From Sphaeroforma arctica JP610 (lineage: Eukaryota), in contig NW_014040382.1 of the NCBI RefSeq assembly GCF_001186125.1, positions 35,643-81,473 of the forward strand: a stretch of DNA of 45,831 bases, written 5' to 3'. Shown here piece by piece: positions 11,316-23,812 of the stretch. How positions within the stretch are numbered: the first letter of the stretch is position 1; every line of letters begins with the position of its first letter. The translations under genes were made by a program, and so were the position numbers. A model generated the notes under the pieces. It did no database searches and had not been told where the DNA came from. It saw only the letters and a program-made list of their open reading frames with translations.

Positions 11316-13689
11316 GCGCTGTGACGGAGTCACAAAGAGCGTGCCCTTCTCGAGTATGCTCATGAGGACACCGCGCCACACTCCCACACAATCAATATCT
11401 CATTAAGACTTTACAACTTTATTTAAACACGAGAAGATAATCGTCCAATGCCTATGGACGGGTTGGTTAGGTACGGCATGTAAAGGCCACCTATACCCAT
11501 CAATGACTGCTAACACGGGCGTTTATATGCTTTATCAAGCCAATGTTTGATAACACGGGCAATAATATGCTTCATCGAACCTGTGATAAAAGGGAAAGGA
11601 AGACAGTATACTTACATTAGAATAGTTACCCAGTATACTGCTAGACATCCGCACCTTCGGCGGCAAACACGCGAATAGTTTTGCTATTTTTCATAACGTT
11701 TTTCTTTTAGTCACATGCGTTTTACGCTTCTAGTCATATGCGTTTACGTATATTTAGAGACAAAACGGGATCTGAAAATGGTCATATTTTTCACTTTTTA
11801 TAGATAAATAAATAAAACGTTTACAGTAATACGTTTACGTTTTGTGGTATACGTTCAGCGTCTAATATAAACGTTACCATACATAACCATGTAATAATCA
11901 ACATAGAACATATACAAACACGTATATCTCAGGAACTAAGCATGCTACAGCATTCATATTTTCACACATAATAACGGAGGTCATGTGCGTAACAACTACA
12001 TGGCTTCCGCATACTACACACTAAGACATTCGCAAGCACGAGTAACGGCAATGGTGAAATCGCATTCAATCGCATGCGATCACAATCAATAGAGTGAACA
12101 CATTTAAATGGGTAGATATAGTGACTATGCGTTATTATAACATAGGTCCGAGGATTCAATGTAGAACAAATAATTATACAATAGTTGTTATTCACACGAA
12201 TACATATATATAAGTAAATTAAATATATTTACCCATTGCATGCTCACATTTCACATAATTCACGCACACACATTACTAATAGTACTACTAAACTATCCTT
12301 ACTCTAGCTGCGTGTGGAAACACAATCGACAACACAAGGTTAACTATATATACATAAACAATGTATTAAAACATGGGTGTGATCAACAACAATTAACTAA
12401 TTGGTAGCAATCAATGGAATGGCCACATAGATCTTTAGACAGGGATACAAACATATATGATATACAATATAACACCTCATATCACACCAGATATGAACAG
12501 GCACGTATGATTTATCGTGCAATAATTAATGTATATACATAAATATTCAACAACACGTACACTAAGTTTCTACAAGAGAATGAATGTGACATATTTTATA
12601 ACACGAAGATCTCACGGTAGACATGGTTTACAAAGTTACTGTAACTACAATATATGTCACAAATCTGTAATATTCACTTTAATAAATGGCGATAGGCAAT
12701 AATATATTATACAATATATATATAAAGTTAACAGATCATCTATAGAATATCTTATTTGTGTACGGATTGGAGCCTCCCACCATTTCACAATTCAACAGGT
12801 CAAAATAAATACGAGTACAAAGCAAAAATTTATATGCAACAGAGTTAATATAACAAGATATCATTTATAATATTAGTACAACAGATAAGTATAATGTTTC
12901 ATAGGCTATAACATCTATATGATAGAGGTTACCAAGGATAGTAGTACAGGTGTACTTCTCAAGACACTTGTTAAATTCAGACACGCAACTACATAGGCAA
13001 GGATATACCTCGACATAATATATATACTAGTACACACACGTAGATACATATTATAATATAAAACAGTTCATATAGAAAATCTTAAGAATGATTCAATGAC
13101 TAATCTGCTCAAATATATAAGATACTTACAAGATTATCAGACATCAACTAAATGGATAATACTACATAGATTACTCGACCGATAGATACCAGTCCATGTA
13201 TATAATATTTATAGTATAAGTTAGATGCAACCCAAAAGGATACTATAGAATACATCAATATTATTAATCTACATTTTGACCGAAACCACAGGAGATTGGG
13301 TTCGTCAGTAAATCATACATATCGACCACAATATATTGACAATTCTGCTTGTGACAACAAACAATCATTTATCATACTAATCAATTCTTAAACATGAGGA
13401 TACAAATAGATACGACAATATAGATATAAAACTACAACAGCATATACTGGCCTACAATAGATCATATTGGCAATCACGATTACATACAAGATGCTACAAA
13501 GTGCGTATAAGACAACAAGTCTTGGACATTGTACAAACGAAAACACCATAACAATACATGTATGACACCACTAGTCACTAAATACAACTAGGTAATACAT
13601 ACATATGATACAATCGCATTCAGGTTCAGATTACGACGCACAACTAGCCGACATGTTAACACCACAGTAATACATGATCTGCCAAACAA

Positions 13690-13771
13690 CATTACATCGC
13701 CCATCATTGCACTTACAAATACTGAGGTCTCATTACATCGCCCATCATTGCACTCACAAATACTGAGATCC
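13690..13771. repeat. 41-bp tandem duplication
   Basis: CATTACATCGCCCATCATTGCACTYACAAATACTGAG x2. Confidence 0.9.
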
Positions 13772-14259
13772 TCCACAAAAGCGATAGGGTATGTTGGTCT
13801 GTTTCACACAGGGCAGTATATCCGCCTCACACGCGATTCACTCGTAATCCATAGTGTATAGGATAAGGCCACATATTGGTATCTTGAACAGGACTAAATA
13901 CACATACATAGGGATACGGCCAACGCATATATTAACGATCGCTTGCACATATTGTACACAATTACAGTCATCGTTCATCACTCTCCTCCATGCAAGGAAT
14001 ATATAATAAACGCTAAAACGGTTACAAACGCCACACGTACAAGTGTTAATTGATTCATAGGTTGCGAATGATTAAACAGGTGAACGTTTTAACGTAATCC
14101 TGCGTAGTACAATAGTTAACATATAAACGTTGACAGGCAATGGTAAACATTGGTATAGTAGATATGCCCTAATTTTCATGATATATGAAAATCTCATCCC
14201 AGATGATATATATGGTCAACGAGCCATATTCGATCGTATTATAGTCAATTGCATAACGG

Positions 14260-14408
<149 letters not shown>

Positions 14409-15399
14409 AACAGACTGTTGATGACTATTTGGCATATAAGTTTAGAAAATCGGGATTTTTGACATAGGAATGGTATGGTTAAGTTAAATTTGGTATACGA
14501 AATTGTATATTCATGATATTTATCTGGAACAACCGTATGATTCCATTAACAGTGGATTACAAAATAATGGTTTTAGAAATGTCAATTTACTTCCTTATTT
14601 TATAAAAAGGAAAAGGAAATTCAACCAATGGGTTATTCCATTATATTTGGTCGGGGACAAAAGCAATTAAGATTTTGGAAATTGGACAGGGGATTTTACG
14701 GTTTTATTAGAATAGGAATAAGAATTCATATATATTTGGAATAGTACAAGGATGTTCCCGCGGTTTTGGACTTCAATTTTAAAATTCGTGACAGTAGGCC
14801 TAAAAAGGAGTATTGTAAAATTATTAGGAGCAATTATATTTACAAACTCCAAACTCCAAAGTAAATAACTAAGCGAAATGGATAAATACGCATATAATGC
14901 TATTTATTTTTGTCAATATACGTATACATGATACACACCCTACACACAAGGTCATAGCTAACGAATATTGAAAATGTAGTTACGTATTTTAGTTCATTTA
15001 TTTAATTTATTTAAAAATAGAAATAAAAATTAAAAACAACTAATATTAATGAGTGATTTCACAAGCATCCTTGTTCTTTTTAGGAGGCTATGCTGATTTT
15101 GACTGTATTTATTTATTTCTGTTTTACTATTGTTTCATTGCAATTGTTTTTTTTAATTGTATTTTATAAAAATGAGAGTACTTTTGTCTGTTTTTACAGT
15201 TGAAGTATGGGTTTTCCCAGTGAACATTGTGGATTTTAAGACTTCTCGGATAATTTTAAAATTATGTAACTTTTATTTGCGACGATGCAGTAACCCCACG
15301 GTTGGATACTTCCCTTGTATTTTATTTATATATTTTTAAAATCAGAAATGTCGATATTACACAGGTTCATTGGAAGACCAGACTCCAAATTGGCGGTGT

Positions 15400-15608
15400 T
15401 GTGGACAAAGTACCCTAGGCGGATATTTAGGACCGGGCTTGAGGACCGGACCAGAGGACCAGACCTAGGAGTTATTTGAGGAACGGACCAGAGCACCGGA
15501 TCGATTAGTGGAATAGAGAATTTAATGAGATAGAAGTGATGACTCATACGAAACCATAGAGACGGGTATTATCACATAACCCGATGGCGGAGAAAGTCTC
15601 GTTCCACA
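15400..15608 (+). mobile_element. LTR of Gypsy family B (~209 bp)
   Basis: TGTGGAC...GTTCCACA termini; related copies start at 15901 and 29821; internal GGACC repeats. Confidence 0.7.
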
Positions 15609-16269
15609 TAGGATCGTATTAATAAATATAGCAGGCGCGCCATTCCCAATGGCACTTCTGACTGAGTTCACTTATTTCAGACTTCACACTCTTTATTAAG
15701 TGTTACTTGGTTTTGACCTGACCCGGAGTGCACTAACCGGAGGGGTTTGACCCGGACAGGTTTGCCGTTGAACTCAATAGGGGCAGAGCCGTTTCTATGG
15801 GATAACTCATAACGCTGTCAGGTATGCTATTGGCTCTGAGCACGTATGGTCCGAATAGAGGTCGCATTGCCTTTGTAGTTCGACCTTCAGCACGTACCAT
15901 TGTGGACAAAGTACCCTAGACGGACATTTAGGACGGGACCACAGGACTTGATCTTACCCGTTGTTAGAGAAAATCCCGTTCTACACAGGAACGTAATAAT
16001 AAAACAGCAGACGCGCCGATCATAACGGCACTTCTGACTGAGTTCACTTATTTCAGACTTGACACTCTTTACTAAGTGTCACTTGGTTTTGACCATATTT
16101 TTAAGTAGCCAAACTACTGTATTTATTATACTACGTTCTTTGAAGACTAAATCAACTAAGAAGCAACTCAGTTTAGTTTACTGTTCTTTACAATAATGAC
16201 GGGATCCAATGCTAAACCATTGCCCAAGGTAGGTAAACAAGCTTGTGACTGACTGCCGAAACAGTTGCT

Positions 16270-18240
16270 TGAGGATGACAAGAAGGCAAAATTTAATTTG
16301 GAATCGACCCGTTTGGTTTCGGAGGCCCAATACTCGATTAAAACCTTGGGTAAGCTTAGAAAATCGCCAAACTGATTTTCTTATCAAGAAGGACAGTTGA
16401 ATACGATGATGCATGTGCAGGAGGCCACAGAAAATTTCAATATCATTCACGAGCAACTCCGCCAACTCCGGGAATTGTCTTTGGCGGATACTGACACGTC
16501 TATGCCCTATGATACGGTCCAGGCAACAGTGGATGATGATTTTTCTTAGACTCAGGCCACACCAACAGTGCAACAACGTTGAGCTCCTCAATACTCAACG
16601 CAGACTTGATCGACACCAATCGACCAGTTGCCTGACAGCGGGACTAACAACATGAAGCAAATTAGCGCGGTAAAACGCAGAATTGGCCGCACGAAGCCGG
16701 TACCTCAAGTGGCTCCGTACGATAATGTGCATATTTCTCGTAGAGATCGAATATTGCAAAACGCTCAAAAATGGGCAAAAGAAATCCCGACACCGGAGGG
16801 GATGTCATCTGACTTTGGGGAGCTGGCTCCGTACGATACTGTACACGCTTCTCGTAGAGGACAGATGCTGAACTACACTCGAAATCGATCACAAGCAATT
16901 CCGACACCAGAAGTGACGCCTATCGACTTCGGGCATTTTAATCGTAATCAGGAGTCGTCAGCTATAGTGATATCTCCGGGTGGATTTTTTTTGGACCCAG
17001 CGGACTTGCATTTGAACATGGCTACCCCTCAAAATTTGTCATCATCGGCGAAGCAGTCCATTGATGCATTTTGCAGAGTGATGGAATCTCCACACCAACA
17101 GCCTACTAACGGTCAAGTGGTAGAGAATTTATTTCGGGACAAGTTACAACATCGTCGTCGTCCACAGTCGATAATGCAAATGTACCTATCGATACGCTTG
17201 CATATCGCAAACACTTCCATGTTCATAATCGAGGACCCGCAGGATGTGAAACGATGTAAGATGTCACCACCTACGGAGGCGTGCATCACTGAATCTACCG
17301 CGGCAGAGATGAAAACGTAAGTATTCCTTCTTACCCAACGTATGATACAAGCAGAAGCTGAGGGGCGCACAGAGTACGCCCGTTCGTTGCAGGGTTTAAT
17401 TCGCACATCTAATGAGACGTTGGAGACTTGCACAATATATGTATATATATATATATATATAAGGTAGACAAACGAACGCCCATGGAATGGCCACCTAACC
17501 CACAGGGCAGCTATTATTTGAATAACCCGCAGAAGATACAGCTGCATGCGTTCATCTTAAATTGGCATGAGGATGCAAAATTTCACGAATTAGACCCGAT
17601 TCATATGCAGATGGACATAGGGCACTCCAGAAAGAAAGAGCATACAAGGTGTTATTAGAATTTAACGTGGAGAACGAACAAAAATTGCAGCCCATGTCGT
17701 TTCAGGACGCCACTGCTCATATTGTACGCACACACGAACAAGATCAGGATAATAACGCATACAAAAATATATTGGCTTGCATGAAGTTAAACCCTTCGGT
17801 GCCGCTAGAGACACAACTTCAGAATTTTGAACGCAAAGTAGACTTTATGGAGATGGACAATATGAAAATCCGTTTTACAAATATACCGCAACCATGGTAT
17901 GCTCAACCTAATCAGTTAAGCTGCGGGGGAGCATATTACTGTGATACTCTTCGTATGCATCCTTTCTGGCGAGAATATTCCGCGACACAAATACGTGATG
18001 TATTTCGGGTGAATATTGACAAGGCAGAAGAACACCGTCGGGTCAGCCTTTCTCGACCGCTGCAAATTCCGGGGGGATCACGTTCACGCACACGAATGCG
18101 TGTGGATGCGAACACACGAGCTAACCCGCATGCACCGCCAACATCAAACCCTAGGGCTCGTTGTCGGTCATGTGAGTAGAATATACCTCCTGGCCCAGCA
18201 TACGCATCACGCTGTCCTAAGTTACTGGGAGTACCAACAT
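16270..18240 (+). pseudogene. gag: gag-like ORF of family B, interrupted
   Basis: Successive ORFs 16628-17320, 17428-17658 and 17649-18179, ending in a knuckle-like CRSCE*...ASRC; lies upstream of the protease; homologous remnant at 31900-32727. Confidence 0.6.
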
Positions 18241-18525
18241 CAACCAACACGGGCAGCCATACACAACAGGGGGGTGCGCCACCACACCGTGCATCGGCTG
18301 TGGGAACATCCACGCGTACACAACAGGCGCCGGGTATTAACTTCCGCCCTCGAGTTAATCTCATGGATGGGGTGATCAGATGCCTGATCCGACGCCAGCA
18401 GAGGTAGGAAAGGTGATGCATATTCATGATTTGGTCGACAAGTCATATGTAGACACGAAGATGAGTTGATGGAGGCCGAGCAAGGGCCAGCCAGTTGGGA
18501 AAAGGAGCTAAGCTCAAATTGAGAT

Positions 18526-18938
18526 GTGGGGGTGTCTGAGTTGTACCTGTGCGTGACGTTTGGTCGTACGACGTCAAGAATATTTGCAGTAAAAGATAAA
18601 TTGTTCCCTACCGACAACCGTGTATATGTTACGTTACAAGTAAACGGACATGCGATGCGCACACTCATTGACACGGGAGCGAACCGCTCCATTATTACTC
18701 AGGCATCCGCAGCAGCGGTGCAACTATCTAATACACCACCAGCTAAAGATAGTTTTCTGTACTTGGCGGACAAAGTTTTCCGCACACCGCTCTTCGGCAA
18801 AACAAACGCCACGACGGTTCAATATTGTACAAAGTCTGCTGCAGGTTTTACGTTTGAACTTATGAATTTACCCAATAATATTGATGTATTTCTGGGAATG
18901 GATATTAGGGGCGAATTGGGATTAGGTCTTACCGGATT
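18526..18938 (+). pseudogene. pol: Retropepsin (aspartic protease), truncated by an LTR insertion
   Basis: VTLQVNGHAMRTLIDTGANRSII...DVFLGMDI. Confidence 0.9.
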
Positions 18939-19810
18939 TGTAAAAGTCAGACTAACCAGGCCGACTATAGATGTCAATAAGTTAACGTAAAAGAAAGTAC
19001 GATTTTAAAGTAAATTTGCACAATGTAATTCAAGTTTAGCTTCAGCCCTTGGTAATGAGCTAAAAGATTAGGGGATTTAAAACTGAGACTATTGTCTTTA
19101 TAGTTCCGCTCTAATCACTCAATACTTCGGTCTAGATTTACTTGGTGTCAGTAACTAAGATCAGATTTCATTTCATTGGATGCATGATATTTCATTCTAT
19201 ATCATTTCATGCTTCGAAACAATCTTCCTATCGCAATTACTAATAAAATAACTAAGTCTAACTTAAAAAAATAAAAATAAAATAAAATACACCATGTTAT
19301 TACAGTTAAATGTCTGTACCTATATCCCATCACATGGTATCTAGCTCTCTATCCCATTGAGGGCATAGACGGGCACATTTAGTCGGCTGGCTAGAGGGGA
19401 TCATTTTCATGTCCCATTTGTCAATGGGTTATCTCGCGCTAAGAGTATTCGGTAATATAACATGTGTCATCAAGTGTCAATTTTACCTGAGACTCTCCCA
19501 ACTATTATATCCCAATATTCTGATGGAAAACATATCGTTATAGAAAAACCATCATATCAATATCAATAGAGTCTCCGGCCTCTATTGTATACAATTATAT
19601 TTCAAATATCCAAAAATGGATTATTTGTTTGTTTGTTTTCTGCAAATTCAATATATCTAAATTTAGATTATTTGATTATTATACAGATACAAATATCTAC
19701 AATTGCGTTTCAACGGTTACCAGGTTTTATAACCGTTTGCGTTAACCGTTATCACGGTTATAATACACGTTTAACATGTGCTTCTACTATAGGAACCCGC
19801 TGATTTTACA
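18939..19810 (-). mobile_element. 3' LTR of chromodomain Gypsy family C (~872 bp)
   Basis: On the minus strand TGTAAAATCAG...CTGACTTTTACA (TG..CA with terminal inverted repeats), preceded by a PPT; homologous to 1421-2200. Confidence 0.88.
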
Positions 19811-19813
19811 CAG

Positions 19814-19824
19814 CCCCCCCCCTC
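19814..19824 (-). other. Polypurine tract of family C
   Basis: GAGGGGGGGGG, 3 nt upstream of the LTR on the minus strand. Confidence 0.85.
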
Positions 19825-19987
19825 AGTTTGAAAATTACAATGTTGGCTTATATGTGGTTTGAAGCACATAGACTCAAAAAGCTCACATGAATTGTACAAG
19901 CGAAAAGAAGAAACGGGGTTCGATCATATAATAGCCTCAATGCTTATATTATATTCTCTTAGACGAAGTATACTTAGACTTTATAAG

Positions 19988-20602
19988 TTACTCAGTAACT
20001 CTACTACGTTTGAGTTGAGGTCCTTGAGGTCCCCGATGGTGGATGGGACGTTTCTTGGTGCCATTAGGAGGTACGTACATTCCATGCTCTTGGAAGCTTG
20101 GAATGAATAAAGTCTGTGGATAAACCGTAACTACATCGGGACGTTTGTTTGTATGCAAGACTGCCTCTGCGTCTGCCTTGTTCTTATGTAGGCGTTTGCG
20201 AAACTTCTTATTAAAAGCCTTCAATACGTCTGGATCATCAAATACCGATGGGAGTAGATCGTATTGTGCACCATCTGCAAACTCTGTTGTGTAGTAAGTC
20301 ATGTTCTCATGTTTGTACTTCCCCAGAATTTTCTTAAACTCGTAAGACATAAGAGGTGTAGCAGCTTCACGTGTGCGACGAAGGATGATTTCTGTCGTCG
20401 GAATTCGATGTGATCCGATTCTAATAGCACTTGAACCGTCAACATTGTTAACTTCGTAAGTTCCGCTCTTCTTATCGGACACTGAAATCTTGAACGGTCC
20501 AATGTAATTAGCCGTAAGCACAGTTGAGTCGGAGTTGCGAGCCATAATGTTAACAATGTCGCCCACCTCAAACTCGACTGGTTTTAATCTTCTTAAAATC
20601 AT
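19988..20602 (-). pseudogene. pol: Integrase C-terminus: GPF/Y module plus chromodomain-like region
   Basis: FEVGDIV...YIGPFKI; YEFKKILGKYKHENMTYYTTEFADG...FDDPDVLKAF. Confidence 0.8.
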
Positions 20603-20643
20603 TACATCGCTTTTGTCTCTTCTTGAGTGCGATGTCTTTCATC

Positions 20644-21458
20644 TCAAGGAAAGACGGCATCTCTGGTACGACGCATCTTCTCTAACCATGGTAACACATA
20701 ATCGTCCTGAGAATCCTTGTTGAAAGGTACTTGTAGTTCACTATAACGGCCCATGAAATAGTGAGCGGGTGTTATACCAGTGACCGAATCCGGTATCTCG
20801 TTCATTTGTGTCTGTACCCAGTTAATTGAGTATGGCCACATGTCAGCATCGTCTAGCAATGTTCCAGGCATGAACTCCTTCATCTTTATGTGTCGTACCT
20901 CGTTTGCACCTTGTGTCTGAGGCTTGTAAGGTACACCCATATTGTGGCATGATCCCGTAACAAGTAACAGTGTCGTCATGAAACCTCCTGTAAACTCACT
21001 ACCGTTGTCGGTATATACAATAGCTGGCCAGCCGAAATCTGCGAAACATTTATATTTATGCACTCAGCCACAGTTTGTGTTGATTTATCTTTCAGAAGAT
21101 ATAGCATGTTATATCTTGAAGCAACATCAAACACGCGGCAGATATACTTCCCTTTCGTGTGTTTGGACGTGGGTAGCTCAACCAAATCAATGATAACCTT
21201 GTGCCACGGCTCGTCTTCTGATGCACTCCACAATAAGGCATATCCACGTTTGATCCGATTAACTTCGCAGTCGTTGCATTCGTGATACACCTGAGATATA
21301 TTTTGCTTAAGCTTTGGGTGTACAATCCCGTACCCCTTACAATCTTTCTCAGTCCTAGCTTTATCCATTTTATGAGGTGCATGATTTTGCCTTAACCACG
21401 TCAGAATGTCGTCCTCCGATGAACTTGCTGTGTCAAAGTCTGGACGTGAGGATTCCAC
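20644..21458 (-). pseudogene. pol: Gypsy integrase (HHCC and DDE core) of family C, frameshifted
   Basis: NHAPH...ECNDC, PWHKVIIDLVELP, FDVASRY, FGWPAIVYTDNGSEF, PYKPQTQGANE. Confidence 0.92.
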
Positions 21459-21539
21459 TACTACATCACTTGGACTTGAAGATTCGTCTGGTCCAATCTC
21501 GCCTGAGAGATCGGCCGTGTGAATTCTACTATTGTTGCC

Positions 21540-22450
21540 CTCCCTGCATACTATTTTTTATGGTCCGCCATTCGGTGCTGTTAACTTATTCATTTCACCT
21601 TGATAGCGGACCATGACAAGGTCCCCCTCTTGAAAGTTTACATACTTCTTTTTGTATTTTCGATTGTATGCTGCGCGCATCTTTTCTTGATACTGTGCAA
21701 CATTATTAGCTAGTTATGGCCTGATGGCTACTTCTAGATTTTGCAGTCGCTCTTTCCAAGATACTGTTGTACTGGGTGCGGTTTCTGGCTCGTTGGAGTC
21801 CGTGAGTTGATTCTGTCTGCGACCAAAGTAAACATTAAGGCGCGGTGACTTGTGTCTTCGAGATTGTGGCCCATCTGTACGAATGGAAGTTGTGAACACC
21901 AGATACCTGGATTCTGTTCAACGAATTTCCGTAGCAGTGACATGAGGTCTCTGTGTGATCGTTCGTTTGCGCCTAAGACTTTAGGTTGATACGGCCGAGA
22001 GACTAAGTGTTGCATTGGCGCTTGTTCAACAACTTTTGCAAGTATGTCGTTAACATATTCAGTGCCTTGGTCCGTTTGTATGGTTTGTGGGAATCCATGT
22101 TCACACATGATTGGTACCAGCATGCGTGCTATGGTAGCCGCCGATTTGTCATCATTGGAGGTAAAATGACGTACTAGGAATATATATCAAGCCGTACTAT
22201 CAAGCCGTACTAACACATGTGTGTGTCCTCTATTGGAATCCAATAGTGGCCCAATGGTGTCCACTTGGACTCTGTCGCTTGGATATGCTGCTGTGATTGA
22301 TTGTAAGGGATGAAATCCCTTTTTGTGTATCTTATTTTTGAGACATGGTGTGCATCCGTCAATGAACTTGTGTACATGTTGTTGGATATCAGTCCAATCA
22401 TGTCCATCTACTTGCACCTTGTGGTTTCCTCAAGAGTGTAATGTCTCAGG
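21540..22450 (-). pseudogene. pol: Gypsy DDE integrase of family A
   Basis: YHNLRHY...FIDGCTPC, DRVQVDTIGPL, GFPQTIQTDQGTEY, PYQPKVLGANERSH, then FQEGDLVMVR...GP*KIV. Confidence 0.92.
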
Positions 22451-22589
22451 TTGTGGTATTGCTCGATGATGTTTACCCGTGTCTCATAATCTGTTGCCTG
22501 TGGTGCATCCCCAGAGTGAACTGGTTCTGATGCTGCAACGTGTATAGCAGGTTGTTTCCATTTTGGGTCAATGTATGGAGACTTTACCC

Positions 22590-22981
22590 ATATCTTTGCG
22601 ACTAACGTGACGCCCCACGGGGACTTGCCACAAGTCTTCTGTCCTTCTTTTAGGAAAGTATTGTTTGTGTTTTCCACCAGCATCGGATCTTCTTCTAGTA
22701 AAGACAAGAACTTTGGAACCCACGTTGCGTTAGGGTAGTAGGGTGCACTTATCGTGATGCTGGCTGCCTCTTCTATGACTTTGTCAAAGACATCAGGTAT
22801 GAGTTCCCATGGTGGATTCGTCCATGCATTCACTTCTTGCGCCCACTTTTGTTGTAGCGCATTCTGTTATTTGGTGTAGTATTTATCTGTGTGTGCATTG
22901 TGTGCCGATGCAAACAGATCTACTGTGAACTTCCCAAATCTTCGTTCCGTTTCTTGGTAGAATCTGGGATGTACTCCAGTC
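22590..22981 (-). pseudogene. DNA N6-adenine methyltransferase domain (phage Dam/DIRS-MT type) inside the Gypsy pol
   Basis: DW/VHPRFYQETERRFGKFTVDLFASAHNAHTDKYYTK*QNALQQKWAQEVNAWTNPPWELIPDVFDKVIEEAASITISAPYYPNATW; DLFAS at 22906-22920, NPPW at 22807-22818. Confidence 0.88.
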
Positions 22982-23812
22982 TATAGCCGAGATGGTTATG
23001 GGCATGTTCGTTTCCAAGATGGTGTACTCTTGGCTATTATGTGTTGCCTCATTCGCCTGTTGTAATACTTTTGACTCTTTGGTACTAAAAGTATCTTCAT
23101 GTAGACGTGACAACATATCTGCCATCTGGTTGTCCTTGCCTGAGACATGTATGATAGAGAAATGGTGGTGGAACGTTTTTGCAATCCAGTTGGCTAGCAT
23201 TGGATGTAACGTCTGTTGATTGTTGGGGTGTTAGTGGATTATTAATAAAGACTCTGGATATGTTTTGTGCGAAAGCGCGCGCTTCACCCCCGCCTCGTCT
23301 TTAGTAATAACTCGTATAAAATAATTAAAATTTGGATATATTTTACTTACTATTATATTGTTGTTGCTTTGCTGCACTTCCGCGGGAAGTGTTTACCGTG
23401 CTGTATGGCCCGGTAGCTTGTTGCTTTGTTCCCTGTATTTATGAGGGTTGAAAACGGTGTTTGTTAGTCACGTGTGACGTCGCTTGTACTTATTCCGTTG
23501 CGTGAGAACTTATTGTCACCTGTGCTTATTTCGTCATGTGAGGATTTAGTTTCTCGTATGAGATCTCAATGATATGTTCGGTCCTAGTGACGTCACTGAT
23601 AAAGTTCGGTCTTGTTGACATCACCATGTGGGTTCAGTTTTGTCCCTTATTTGTTGTAGTGACAGATTTGAAATATTGTATTGTACCGAACTTCCGTGAT
23701 GTGTATGTTACCACTGTGTCTGTTGTATCCATATTGTTACCACTGTGTCTGTTGTACCAAATTCATTCGTGTTTCTTCGACTTACTGTTGTTGTAACGTA
23801 TTGGACCTTGCT

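Larger units (their letters stand above)
15901..18938 (+). mobile_element. Gypsy family B 5' half (internally deleted LTR, leader, gag, protease), cut off by a family C LTR
   Basis: LTR-like 15901-15987; leader shared with 15609-15720 and 31662-31720; gag-like ORFs and aspartic protease LIDTGANRS. Confidence 0.8.

Noticed and set aside
14409..15399. Possible decayed coding or TE sequence after the gap
   Set aside because: No frame or motif could be supported by eye.
22408..23219. DIRS/tyrosine-recombinase element as the source of the MTase
   Set aside because: The domain is flanked by a Gypsy-type RH and an HHCC-DDE integrase, the family has a protease and TG..CA LTRs, and no recombinase motifs were seen.
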